64,000 nt of DNA from contig CAXXQE010000001.1 of assembly GCA_963665615.2 (NCBI GenBank), positions 389,151 through 453,150 on the forward strand, written 5' to 3'. Source of the DNA: Syntrophales bacterium. Its GTDB lineage: Bacteria > Desulfobacterota > Syntrophia > Syntrophales > UBA4778. Position numbers and translations under genes: made by a program. Positions 10,495-19,894 of the stretch are shown piece by piece (the first letter of the stretch is position 1; each line of letters begins with the position of its first letter). The notes beneath the pieces were generated by a model that saw nothing but the letters and a program-made list of their open reading frames with translations, had not been told where the DNA came from and searched no databases.

Positions 10495-11889
10495 ATGGCG
10501 AATGTTCTCATTGTTGACGATGATAAAATGATGGCGGAGACCCTGCACGATATGGTGGCCAAGTTAGGCCATCAGGTCATCCTGAGTCATAGACTGACCG
10601 ACGGCCTTTGTGCGGCCAAGGCCTCTGCCGTTGACGTGGTGTTCCTCGATGTATTGCTGCCGGACGGCAATGGCGTGGAGGCCTTGCCATCATTTCGGGC
10701 TGTGCCGTCCCTTCCTGAAGTTATTATCATCACCGCGTTCGGCAGTAAAAACAACGCCGAACTGGCGATAAAAAATCAGGCTTGGGACTATATTGAGAAA
10801 CCTTTCTCCATGGAGATGATCCACCTGTCGCTCACTCGGGTTCTCCAGTACCGGGAGGCTCAGAGACAAGCAAAACCTCCCATGGTTTTGGACCGGTTAG
10901 GGATTATAGGCAGCAGCCCACAAATGACTTATTGTATGGAGCAGGTTGCTCAGGCCGCTGCCGGTGAAGGAAGCGTTTTAATTACCGGTGAAACCGGCAC
11001 GGGAAAGGAGCTGATCGCCAGGGCAATCCATGCCAACAGCGGCCGCGCAAAGGCAAATTTCGTAACGGTCGACTGTGCCTCCCTGCCGCCAACAATTGTA
11101 GCCAGTGCACTTTTTGGACATGTCAAAGGCGCTTTCACGAGCGCGGACAATCATCACGAAGGTCTGATTGCACAGGCGGACAGGGGCACGTTGTTTCTCG
11201 ATGAGGTTGGTGAACTTCCCCTGTCCGTTCAAAAGACATTTCTTCGGGTTTTACAGGAGCACAGATTCCGCCCGGTAGGGGGCAGCAGAGAGATGAAAAG
11301 TGATTTTCGGGTGATCGCGGCTACGAATCGTGATATCCAGGGCATGGTCTCCCTGGGGCACTTTCGAAGAGATCTTTTCTTTCGTCTTCACGTGTTTTCC
11401 GTTAGCGTGCCGCCCCTGCGACAACGCACTGGCGATTTGAAAGAATTGCTCACCCACTACCTTGGCTATTTCTGTGAGCAATACGGCGTCAATGTAAAAG
11501 GGTTTTCTCCGGAATTCTTGGCAGTCCTTATGAGTTATGATTGGCCGGGGAATGTGCGTGAGCTCGTCAACGTCATCGAAGTAACGTTGGCCGCTGCTCA
11601 ACATGAGCCCGTTCTCTTCCCCAAACATCTTCCGCCGGAAATCAGAATAAAGACCGTGAAGTTTTCTGACAGCAAGACAACTGACCGACCGGAAACGGAT
11701 TTGGATAGTGGTATCTTTGAAGCCTCTATGGACTTTCACACCTACAGAAGAGAAGCGGAACGAAAATACTTGCTGGATTTAATGAAGGTGTACGGACATT
11801 GTATGAAGGATGCCAGTCGAATATCCGGCCTGTCTCGCTCCCGTTTGCATGCCCTGATGAAGCTTCACAACATTTCGAGATTTTCTTGA
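10495..11889 (+). CDS. NtrC-family sigma-54 response regulator (receiver, AAA+, HTH)
   Basis: LIVDDD...FLDVLLP receiver, GETGTGKE, GAFTSA variant, LFLDEVG, WPGNVREL; 16 nt after the kinase. Confidence 0.93.
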   Translation: MANVLIVDDDKMMAETLHDMVAKLGHQVILSHRLTDGLCAAKASAVDVVFLDVLLPDGNGVEALPSFRAVPSLPEVIIITAFGSKNNAELAIKNQAWDYIEKPFSMEMIHLSLTRVLQYREAQRQAKPPMVLDRLGIIGSSPQMTYCMEQVAQAAAGEGSVLITGETGTGKELIARAIHANSGRAKANFVTVDCASLPPTIVASALFGHVKGAFTSADNHHEGLIAQADRGTLFLDEVGELPLSVQKTFLRVLQEHRFRPVGGSREMKSDFRVIAATNRDIQGMVSLGHFRRDLFFRLHVFSVSVPPLRQRTGDLKELLTHYLGYFCEQYGVNVKGFSPEFLAVLMSYDWPGNVRELVNVIEVTLAAAQHEPVLFPKHLPPEIRIKTVKFSDSKTTDRPETDLDSGIFEASMDFHTYRREAERKYLLDLMKVYGHCMKDASRISGLSRSRLHALMKLHNISRFS

Positions 11890-11927
11890 AACTCTCCCCT
11901 GTCCTTGGCTGTAATTAAAAACCAAAA

Positions 11928-11972
11928 TGTCCTTTAATGTGGACAAGTGTCCTACTTACAGGACGCTTGTCC
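11928..11972. promoter_or_regulatory. Putative enhancer (UAS): tandem TGTCC-N8-GGAC[A/G] palindromes, copy 1
   Basis: TGTCC at 11928, 11948 and 11968 (20-bp period) with GGACA/GGACG at 11941 and 11961; about 100 bp upstream of a -24/-12 element; the same arrangement recurs at 21181. Confidence 0.65.
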
Positions 11973-12050
11973 ACATTTTCAGTTATTTGTCATAAACACT
12001 CGTTTAGATAATACAGCGGTATTACAGCTAAATTACATTTCTATTGTTCG

Positions 12051-12066
12051 TGGCAAGCGCTTTGCA
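12051..12066 (+). promoter_or_regulatory. Sigma-54 (-24/-12) promoter, transport module copy 1
   Basis: TGGCAAGCGCTTTGCA = TGGC-N8-TGC with exact GG-N10-GC spacing; same position in copy 2. Confidence 0.8.
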
Positions 12067-12493
12067 GACTTCCATTTCTGAAAGAGCAGTGGTGACTTGC
12101 AAATTAGCACTCCCCACCCACTTTTTCAATTTCCCTATTTTGTGTCGTCCATTCATCCTCAGGCTTAAAGCTCTGGGCCTTGGGGATGAATGGACACCCC
12201 AAGCAGGAAGAGTTTTTGGCGCAAAATAGCTGACTTTTCTTGAGTAAGCTTAAAAGGTTAATTAATAAGTTGTTAAACAATTACGGTATATTAGAAAAAA
12301 ATTCTATTAATAAAATAAAATCGTGTCAGTAAGATTGACTCCTTGGGCGTTAGCCCGGGGAGTCGTTTATTCAAGAGAAAGAATGGAAAAAAAGAGGTAG
12401 TTCGCGAACTAAGGAAACGTGTCCGGAATGTTGGTAGCCACCTGATAGCCTGGCAGGAAAGGGGCTACGCTAACTCTGCTATAAATCCAAGTC

Positions 12494-12576
12494 TTGAATT
12501 CTTTAGTGAGTTCATTGCCCGCTGCTTGCGGCGGGGTCAGCGAGTGAATCTGGATAAAACAACTACCTTTTTAATT
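12494..12576. repeat. Dispersed palindromic repeat family A (partial copy)
   Basis: TTGAATTCTT..G.GAG..CATT.CCCGCTGCTTGC.GC.GGGT.AGCGAG.GAATC matches 39946-40064; absent from the copy 2 leader. Confidence 0.8.
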
Positions 12577-12896
12577 TTGAATGTTTGTACTTCTAAAGTG
12601 CACCTATATGCACATTTGCCTTGAATTGTTCGTGCAGATGAAACGGCTAATTTTGTAGAAACTATTAATATTAACTAGTTAGTGATCTTGTATGTGCTAT
12701 GCAACGTATACCAAAGGTCACTTTGCAGTAATGGCTCTGTTGGATTGAGAGCTATTAAATAAATGGAAAGGAGAGTGAAAGAGGACATTTCGCTAGCTAA
12801 GCGAAATGTAAGCGGAAGAGCTAAGTTGTGTGTTTTGTTTTAAACAAGCAGGATATTCCACATTTTTTGGAACCATCTATAATGAATGGAGGGAAA

Positions 12897-14582
12897 ATGA
12901 AGAGGAAACGAATGTGCCTGTATGGCTGGAAGAGTTTTAGCCTGATAGTAGCTGTTGTTGCGGTATTTTTTGTCGGACTGGGGTCCGCGGATGCCTTTAC
13001 AATTAAGACCAATAACGAAAACCTTAAACTTCAATGGGACAATACTTTCAAGTATAATTTAGGCATTCGTGCCAAGTCTGCCGATGCGGATCTTCTGGGT
13101 ACCTATAATTTCGATGACGGTGACCGCAATTTCAGAAGCGGCGGCATTACAACGAATCGTGTGGACATCTTGTCCGAGTTCAATTTTATTTACAAAGAGG
13201 ATTACGGATTCAGAATCAGCGCGGCCGGCTGGTACGACCAGCGGTATCGCGATCCGATGGACAACACCTCGGTGTTAACCTCCAACACGCTCGAAGGGGG
13301 CACTGCGGGCAGCGCTCAGACGCTCGGTTTGAGCGATCGTGTCAAGAATTACTACAAAGGTCCCTATGGAGAGATCCTCGATGCCTTTGTGTTCGGCAAG
13401 TTTGATCTCGGTTCCATCCCGGTGAACATGAAGCTGGGTCGTTTCACCATGTACTGGGGCGAGTCCTTCCTGGGCTTCATCAATGCGATTTCCTACTCCC
13501 AGTTCCCCGTCGATTTTGCGAAGGCCCTGGGCGTTCCGGGTTCGGAGGTTAAGGAGTTGTTCATGCCCCGCGGCGCTTTTGCGTTCCAGGCGCAGTTGAC
13601 CACGACGCTTGGTTTTCAGTTCCAGCAGTTCCTGGAGTTTAATCCGGCGCGCATTCCCGAGAGCGGGTCATACCTGGGCGGTGTCGACCTCTATCAGAAG
13701 GGCGCTGATCTTTATGTGCTTGCTCCCGGTTTCGGCTTCAAGCATGACAGCGACATCGAACCGGACGGCTTCCACGACTACGGCTTTGCGCTCAACTGGA
13801 ATCCCGATTTCCTGACGCCGGTGACGGGTAAATTGGGATTTTTCTTCCGTAATTTTACCGATCAGTTGCCGCAGGTCTATGTTGACGGTCTGAACGGCCA
13901 GTTTTTCTTTGTCTATCCCGACAACATCAAGCTCTATGGCGCCAGCGCCAGTTTTGCCCTGGCCGGTTTCGCTGTCGGTCTGGAGTATAACTACCGTACC
14001 AACATGCCCTTGAACAGCACGGGCGCTGTTGTTTTGGGAACGCGTCCCGGCAAGGGCGATACCGAGCAGGCCCGCGGCGACGTGCATCTGGCGACCCTGA
14101 ACTTTTTCAAGATATTTGGCCCGACAGCGATTTCCGACTCTGCAACCGGTATCCTGGAATTCACGTACTGTCATTTGCAGCGTGTCAGCCAGGGCGAGGC
14201 CACTTTCAAAGGGCCGGGCAATCCGACCGAGTATACCGCTATCGACCGTGTAACCCGGGACGCCCTGGGCGTGGCGATCAGTTACACCCCGACCTGGTTT
14301 GCCGTATGGCCGGAGTGGGATTTGTCCCTGCCGTTGAGCTACAGCATCGGTCTTTTCGGCAGTTCGGCGGTTAACTCCGGCGACGCGGAGGGCAATGGCA
14401 GCGGCAAAGTCGGCGTCAGCCTCGACTACAAACAGAAGTATACCTTTTCACTGGCCTATAATTTCTATTACGGTGATCACGACTTTAATCCTGCTACCGG
14501 CACGATGGCGATCCGCGGCGGTTTGCCTGCGACACTGTATGATCGTGACTGGGTGAGCTTTACATTCAAGACGAATTTCTAG
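12897..14582 (+). CDS. DUF1302-like outer-membrane beta-barrel protein, copy 1
   Basis: GGAGG RBS then ATG at 12897; signal peptide, WDNTFKY, DDGDRNF, WGES, GSEVKELFMP, C-terminal DRDWVSFTFKTNF ending in Phe; four-gene context. Confidence 0.85.
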   Translation: MKRKRMCLYGWKSFSLIVAVVAVFFVGLGSADAFTIKTNNENLKLQWDNTFKYNLGIRAKSADADLLGTYNFDDGDRNFRSGGITTNRVDILSEFNFIYKEDYGFRISAAGWYDQRYRDPMDNTSVLTSNTLEGGTAGSAQTLGLSDRVKNYYKGPYGEILDAFVFGKFDLGSIPVNMKLGRFTMYWGESFLGFINAISYSQFPVDFAKALGVPGSEVKELFMPRGAFAFQAQLTTTLGFQFQQFLEFNPARIPESGSYLGGVDLYQKGADLYVLAPGFGFKHDSDIEPDGFHDYGFALNWNPDFLTPVTGKLGFFFRNFTDQLPQVYVDGLNGQFFFVYPDNIKLYGASASFALAGFAVGLEYNYRTNMPLNSTGAVVLGTRPGKGDTEQARGDVHLATLNFFKIFGPTAISDSATGILEFTYCHLQRVSQGEATFKGPGNPTEYTAIDRVTRDALGVAISYTPTWFAVWPEWDLSLPLSYSIGLFGSSAVNSGDAEGNGSGKVGVSLDYKQKYTFSLAYNFYYGDHDFNPATGTMAIRGGLPATLYDRDWVSFTFKTNF

Positions 14583-14597
14583 TCAGGAGGGTAAAAG

Positions 14598-15989
14598 ATG
14601 ACTATGTCCTATAAGAGATCTATGAAGATAGCGGTATTGGCGGTTTTCTTGACGCTGATATACGCAGGTTGTGTATTTGGCGCGGTGAGCCAGGAAGAAG
14701 CCGCGCAGTTGGGAAAGAGCCTGACGCCCTGGGGCGCTGAAGTGGCCGGCAACAAGGACGGCTCGATTCCGCCCTACACGGGCGGCCTGACCAAGGCGCC
14801 TGCAACTTACGTGGCGGGATCGGGCTGGCGTCCGGATCCCTTTGCATCGGAGAAGCCTTTGTTTTCTATTACGGCACAGAATATGGCCCAGTATGCCGAT
14901 AAACTCACCGTAGGCACGCAGGCCACGTTGAAAAAGTATCCCGCTTTCCACGTGGATGTTTATAAAACCCACCGAACAGCTGCATATCCTCAATCTGTGC
15001 TGGATAACACGATGAAAAATGCGCTCAGAACCAAGGTGCCGGAGAACGGCATGGGCGCGATCAATGCAATCGGCGGTTTCCCTTACCCGATCCCGAAAAA
15101 CGGCAATGAAGTCATTGTGAACCATAATATGCGCTATGATGGTATTTCCTGGCTGTCGCAGTCTACGACGACGATCGCTCAGGCGGACGGCAGCTATTAT
15201 TCCACTGCGGAGCCGATGATGATCTGGAACGAGCATCCGAATTATTATGCCGACCAGAGCAGAAAAGAGACCCAAGATGGATTTTACTGGAAGATCAGGT
15301 GGAACTTCGTAGGCCCGGTCCGTAAAGCCGGCGAGGGCGGTCAGGGACTCCACAATGCCGTTAATGATCATATAACCGGACCTATACACTATCTGTATCT
15401 TCCCGGTCAACGGCGCGTGAAGCTCGCTCCGGAAGTTTCCTTCGATACGCCGAATACGGACGGCGCCGGAACGTGGACTTATGATGAATGCTGGATGTTT
15501 AACAGTTCGATGCAGCGTTATGATTTCAAGCTGCTCGGAAAGAAGGAGATGTACATTCCGTACAATACATACAGACTGACTTATTACAACGGGTCATTAA
15601 ATGATATGTACTCGAAGGGTTATATCAATCCGAATATAATACGTTGGGAACTGCATAGAGTATGGGTGGTCGGTGTCACCTTGAAGCCCGGGAGACGGCA
15701 TATCATCCCGAAGCGGACATTCTATGTGGACGAGGATACCTGGGCAATTCTGGCGTCGGATGTATACGATGGTCATGGAAATATCTACAAGGCTTCTTTC
15801 CAGAATATGACCCAAAGTTATGACATGCTGTCTCCCTATTGCTATTCTTATATGCAGTGGAATTTGTTGTCCGGCGTGTCATCCCATGCATACTATCATA
15901 GAAAAGAAAATGGATTTATGAAAGCAACAGAAGAGCATCCGGAACGCTGGTGGTCGCCGGATAACCTGGCAGGAAAGGGATTGCGTTAA
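14598..15989 (+). CDS. DUF1329-like exported protein, copy 1
   Basis: Signal peptide; LTPWGAE.AGNKDGSIP.YTGG, YLPGQRRVKLAP, RWELHRVWVV, KRTFYVDEDTW motifs. Confidence 0.88.
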   Translation: MTMSYKRSMKIAVLAVFLTLIYAGCVFGAVSQEEAAQLGKSLTPWGAEVAGNKDGSIPPYTGGLTKAPATYVAGSGWRPDPFASEKPLFSITAQNMAQYADKLTVGTQATLKKYPAFHVDVYKTHRTAAYPQSVLDNTMKNALRTKVPENGMGAINAIGGFPYPIPKNGNEVIVNHNMRYDGISWLSQSTTTIAQADGSYYSTAEPMMIWNEHPNYYADQSRKETQDGFYWKIRWNFVGPVRKAGEGGQGLHNAVNDHITGPIHYLYLPGQRRVKLAPEVSFDTPNTDGAGTWTYDECWMFNSSMQRYDFKLLGKKEMYIPYNTYRLTYYNGSLNDMYSKGYINPNIIRWELHRVWVVGVTLKPGRRHIIPKRTFYVDEDTWAILASDVYDGHGNIYKASFQNMTQSYDMLSPYCYSYMQWNLLSGVSSHAYYHRKENGFMKATEEHPERWWSPDNLAGKGLR

Positions 15990-16017
15990 GAAGAGAGTGG
16001 TAGTCACATAAGAGATA

Positions 16018-16062
16018 ATGGGCAGGCACGCGCGGCAAGGATAGACAGGCGTGCCTGCCCAT
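16018..16062 (+). terminator. Intercistronic stem-loop between the DUF1329 and YCF48 genes, copy 1
   Basis: Perfect 14-bp inverted repeat ATGGGCAGGCACGC ... GCGTGCCTGCCCAT; no long U-tract. Confidence 0.6.
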
Positions 16063-16159
16063 GCCTTTAATGAGGTGATGATCTGGGGCTAAAGGGAAGA
16101 GTGCGATGATCGATATAAAATTGCAAAGAAATGAGGGCACAGGCCCTGGGAGAAGAAAG

Positions 16160-17245
16160 ATGTACCGAAAAATGATCAATGTGGTGCTGGTAATTATTTG
16201 CTTCGCAATGCAGTGTGCTGTTGCAGCTGCAGCTATTCAGGATGTTCTTGAATCCCCGGCGATAATAGATCCTGCAGCCCAGAAGAGTTTATTCAACGGT
16301 ATTACGCTGGCCGGCAAGCGCCTGGTTGCCGTTGGTCAAGCCGGAACGATTCTCTATTCGGATGATGCAGGCAAGACGTGGGTTCAGGGCAAAGTGCCTG
16401 TCAGTGCGGACCTGGTTGCCGTGAATTTCCCGACGCCGAAGCTGGGTTGGGCGGTGGGTCATGACGGCATTGTGCTTCATAGTTCCGATGCCGGTGCCTC
16501 ATGGGTTAAACAATTGGACAGCCGTGCGGTGGTTAAATTGATCGTCGATTATTATAAAGCCCATCCGCCCAAAAACGTTCCGGGGGGCGCCGAATCAGTG
16601 GCGCAATTCCAGTCCGATATGAGTGCGTTTGCGATGCCGGATGAGAAGGCGCCCAATAAATCCTTTTTGGACGTCTACTTTGAGAACGAAACCACCGGCT
16701 TCATCGTCGGCTCCTTCAGTCTGATCCTCCGCACGACCGATGGCGGGAAAAGCTGGGAGCCGTGGTGTGACCGCACAGATGATATCCTGAAGCATCCGCA
16801 TCTGTACTCTGTTCGACCCGTTGGTGAGGATATATTTATGACCGGCGAGCAGGGCCTGTTGATGAAGCTGGACCGGAAAACCTCGCGACTCCGGACGGTC
16901 AAGACGTCGTATAACGGCACTTATTTTGGCATTGTCGGCGGTAAAGGGATCATGCTGGCTTACGGGATGCGTGGAAACGTCTATAAGAGCGCCGACAGGG
17001 GAGCGAGCTGGAAGAAAATCGATACCAACGTGATGACAGGCCTGATGGGTTCGACGACGACACCGGATGGACGGATCATCGTGGTGAGTCAGAGTGGCGA
17101 TGTTCTTATGAGCAAGGGCGATGGTCTGGGTTTTGATCATGTAAAGATGGATAGTGTGTTCCCCGCCGCAGCTGTTGCAGCCGCCGACAAAGAGACCATT
17201 GTGCTTGCCGGCTTCGGGGGCCTTCTGGTCAAGAAATTGAAATAA
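16160..17245 (+). CDS. YCF48-related/BNR-repeat beta-propeller protein, copy 1 (ORF open from 16106)
   Basis: Signal peptide MYRKMINVVLVIICFAMQCAVA; Asp-box repeats SDDAGKTW, SSDAGASW, TTDGGKSW, SADRGASW. Confidence 0.88.
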   Translation: MYRKMINVVLVIICFAMQCAVAAAAIQDVLESPAIIDPAAQKSLFNGITLAGKRLVAVGQAGTILYSDDAGKTWVQGKVPVSADLVAVNFPTPKLGWAVGHDGIVLHSSDAGASWVKQLDSRAVVKLIVDYYKAHPPKNVPGGAESVAQFQSDMSAFAMPDEKAPNKSFLDVYFENETTGFIVGSFSLILRTTDGGKSWEPWCDRTDDILKHPHLYSVRPVGEDIFMTGEQGLLMKLDRKTSRLRTVKTSYNGTYFGIVGGKGIMLAYGMRGNVYKSADRGASWKKIDTNVMTGLMGSTTTPDGRIIVVSQSGDVLMSKGDGLGFDHVKMDSVFPAAAVAAADKETIVLAGFGGLLVKKLK

Positions 17246-17256
17246 CGGAGAATAAC

Positions 17257-19695
17257 ATGGCTATAGCAAAACAAGAAATAGATAATATGCCGGTTGTCAA
17301 GGATATCAAGGACTTTGACACCTCATCGGGGAACAAACTGGAACGCCTTATCTTTAATCATCGTCATTTGATGATCATTGCCTGTTTGATCGTAACGCTG
17401 CTTCTCGGGTATCAGACGACGAAGCTCAAGCTCAATGCGAGCTTCGAGAAGATGCTTCCGCAGAGCAGTCAGTACATCAAGAATTATCTGGCCAACAAGA
17501 GTCAGCTGGCGGGCCTCGGCAATACGATCAGAATCGCGGTAGAGGCCACTCAGGGAGACATCTTTGATGCCCAGTATCTGGAAACGCTCAAGCAGATCAA
17601 CGATGAGGTCTATCTTACGCCCGGTGTGGATCGCACCTGGCAGAAATCGCTCTGGATGCCGGTTGTGCGCTGGAACGCCGTTACCGAAGAAGGTTTCGAA
17701 GCCGGTCCGGTCATGAATGACGGTTATGACGGGTCGCCTGCAAGCTTGCAGCAAGTGAAGTTGAATGTCGCCCGTGCCTCGATTGTCGGCAATCTGGTTG
17801 CGGACAACTACAAGTCGAGCATGATTTTGACTTCTCTCCTGGAAAAAGACGCTCTGGGAAAACGCCTTGATTACAGAGCATTCTCACATAACCTGGAAAA
17901 AATCAGGCAAAAGTATGAGGCGGCCTCAAAAGGCAGGGTCAAGATCCACATCACCGGTTTTGCCAAAATCGTGGGCGATTTGATTGACGGTTTAATGCAG
18001 GTCATGACCTTTTTCCTGTTTGCCATTGTCATCGCCGCGATCATCATTTTTATCTTTACCCGGTGTATCCGCAGTACGGTTCTGCTGATCTGCTGTTCCG
18101 CCCTGGCGGTCCTTTGGCAGTTGGGGATTATTACAATCCTTGGCTTTGAACTCGATCCCTACTCGATTCTGGTGCCCTTCCTGGTGTTTGCCATTGCCGT
18201 ATCGCACGGCACCCAGAAGATGAACGGGATCATGCAGGACGTCGGTCGCGGCACGCACAAGCTGGTGGCTGCGCGTTACACCTTCCGCCGTCTCTTTTTG
18301 CCGGGCCTGACCGCGCTTTCAGCCGCGGCGGTTGGATTTGCCGTTTTGATGCGGATCGATATTCCGGTTATTCGCGACCTGGCACTGACGGCGAGCGTCG
18401 GTGTTTTCGTCGTGATCTTCACGAACCTGATTCTTCTTCCGGTGCTTCTGTCGTATGTCGGTGTGAGTCCTAAAGCTGCTCAAAGAAGTTTGCGACAGGA
18501 GAGCGAAGAATCTGAAGGGAAGAAGGCCGGGGCGGTATGGAATTTCCTCGATCGGTTTGGATCGGATAAAAAGTGGGCCGTTGGGGCACTCGTTGCCCTG
18601 GTTGTTCTGGCCGTTATCGGTTCCATTATCGGCGCCAATGTCAAGATCGGCGACCTGGATCCGGGAGCGCCTGAGCTGCGGCCGAACTCGCGTTACAACA
18701 AGGACAATGCTTATCTCAATGCCAACTATGGGCTTTCCAGCGACCAGTTTGCGGTAATCGTCAAGACCCCGCCGGAGGGGTGTTTGAAGTACGATACGTT
18801 GATAGAGGTCGACCGCCTTGCCCGCGTGTTGCGACAGGTTCCCGGGGTGCAGATCGTTAACGCCCTGCCGGATGCTGCGCGCGTGTTGATTTCTGCCTCC
18901 TACGAGGGGAATTCAAAGTGGTTTACCATTACCCGGAATCAGAGCGAGTTGAATTACGGTGTTCAGGTAGCCCGCTCGAATAATAACGATCTGTTCAATA
19001 ACGAAGCCACCGTCATGCCGGTGATTGCTTATCTGGCAGATCACAAGGCCGATACGCTTACGCGCGTGGTGAATGCGGCAGATGCTTTTGCAGCAAAGCA
19101 CAGCAACAAGGACCGGCAGATTATGCTGGCAGCCGGTAATGCCGGGATCGATGCGGCGACGAACATCGTTGTCAAGAGAGAAAACCGCATCATGATGGGC
19201 TACGTATACCTGGCCGTTATCGCACTTTGCTTCATCACCTTCCGTAACTGGCGGGCCGTGCTGGTAGCGATCATCCCGCTGGTTCTCACCTCGATTCTCT
19301 GTGAGGCCCTCATGGTGATATTGGGAATCGGCGTCAAGGTGGCCACGCTCCCGGTTATTGCGCTGGGCGTCGGCATTGGCGTGGACTATGCGCTCTATCT
19401 CCTCAGCGTGCAGCTGATGCATATGCGCAATGGCCTTTCGCTCAGCGTTGCTTACAAACGTGCGGTTCAGTTCACCGGCAAAGTGGTTGCGCTGGTCGGT
19501 ATCACGCTGGCAAGCGCCGTCGTCACCTGGGCGTGGTCGCCGATCAAATTCCAGGCGGACATGGGGATTCTGCTTTCGTTCATGTTCTTCTATAACATGA
19601 TCGGTGCGCTCGTATTTATCCCGGCATTGTCGCGTTTCATATTAGGCAAGGCCGATGCATCAGGCCAGGTCTATCTCAAGGGCCTGAAAAAATAA
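17257..19695 (+). CDS. MMPL/RND-family inner-membrane transporter, copy 1
   Basis: 812 aa with two repeats of TM, periplasmic loop and ~5 TM; GVGIGVDYALY, IKFQADMGILL. Confidence 0.92.
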   Translation: MAIAKQEIDNMPVVKDIKDFDTSSGNKLERLIFNHRHLMIIACLIVTLLLGYQTTKLKLNASFEKMLPQSSQYIKNYLANKSQLAGLGNTIRIAVEATQGDIFDAQYLETLKQINDEVYLTPGVDRTWQKSLWMPVVRWNAVTEEGFEAGPVMNDGYDGSPASLQQVKLNVARASIVGNLVADNYKSSMILTSLLEKDALGKRLDYRAFSHNLEKIRQKYEAASKGRVKIHITGFAKIVGDLIDGLMQVMTFFLFAIVIAAIIIFIFTRCIRSTVLLICCSALAVLWQLGIITILGFELDPYSILVPFLVFAIAVSHGTQKMNGIMQDVGRGTHKLVAARYTFRRLFLPGLTALSAAAVGFAVLMRIDIPVIRDLALTASVGVFVVIFTNLILLPVLLSYVGVSPKAAQRSLRQESEESEGKKAGAVWNFLDRFGSDKKWAVGALVALVVLAVIGSIIGANVKIGDLDPGAPELRPNSRYNKDNAYLNANYGLSSDQFAVIVKTPPEGCLKYDTLIEVDRLARVLRQVPGVQIVNALPDAARVLISASYEGNSKWFTITRNQSELNYGVQVARSNNNDLFNNEATVMPVIAYLADHKADTLTRVVNAADAFAAKHSNKDRQIMLAAGNAGIDAATNIVVKRENRIMMGYVYLAVIALCFITFRNWRAVLVAIIPLVLTSILCEALMVILGIGVKVATLPVIALGVGIGVDYALYLLSVQLMHMRNGLSLSVAYKRAVQFTGKVVALVGITLASAVVTWAWSPIKFQADMGILLSFMFFYNMIGALVFIPALSRFILGKADASGQVYLKGLKK

Positions 19696-19708
19696 TATAC
19701 CACTATTC

Positions 19709-19748
19709 GGCACGCTTCCCGGGGGACATTCTTCCCGGGAAGCGTGCC
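19709..19748 (+). terminator. Stem-loop after the RND gene, copy 1
   Basis: GGCACGCTTCC...GGAAGCGTGCC inverted repeat just after the stop codon. Confidence 0.6.
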
Positions 19749-19894
19749 TGCTATACTAAACTAAAAGGGGCCTTCGGGATTGTTAGTACAGCAAAGCAGT
19801 TATAACTATATGTAAAAAAATAAAAACGTTCTTCAAAAATTGATGCGGCTGTAAAGTGTAGGATAGAGCAGACCAACGGAAACAATAGGGCGAC

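Larger units (their letters stand above)
11925..19722 (+). repeat. Segmental duplication, copy 1 (promoter, leader and four-gene module)
   Basis: Matches 21180-28869 with an offset of 9146-9147 bp over the coding part; identity ends after TTCGGCACGCTTCCCGG. Confidence 0.97.

Noticed and set aside
12415..12480. Known riboswitch (e.g. c-di-GMP) in the leader hairpins, and similarly at 60560-60750
   Set aside because: Could not match consensus elements of any riboswitch class I know; left as unclassified structure
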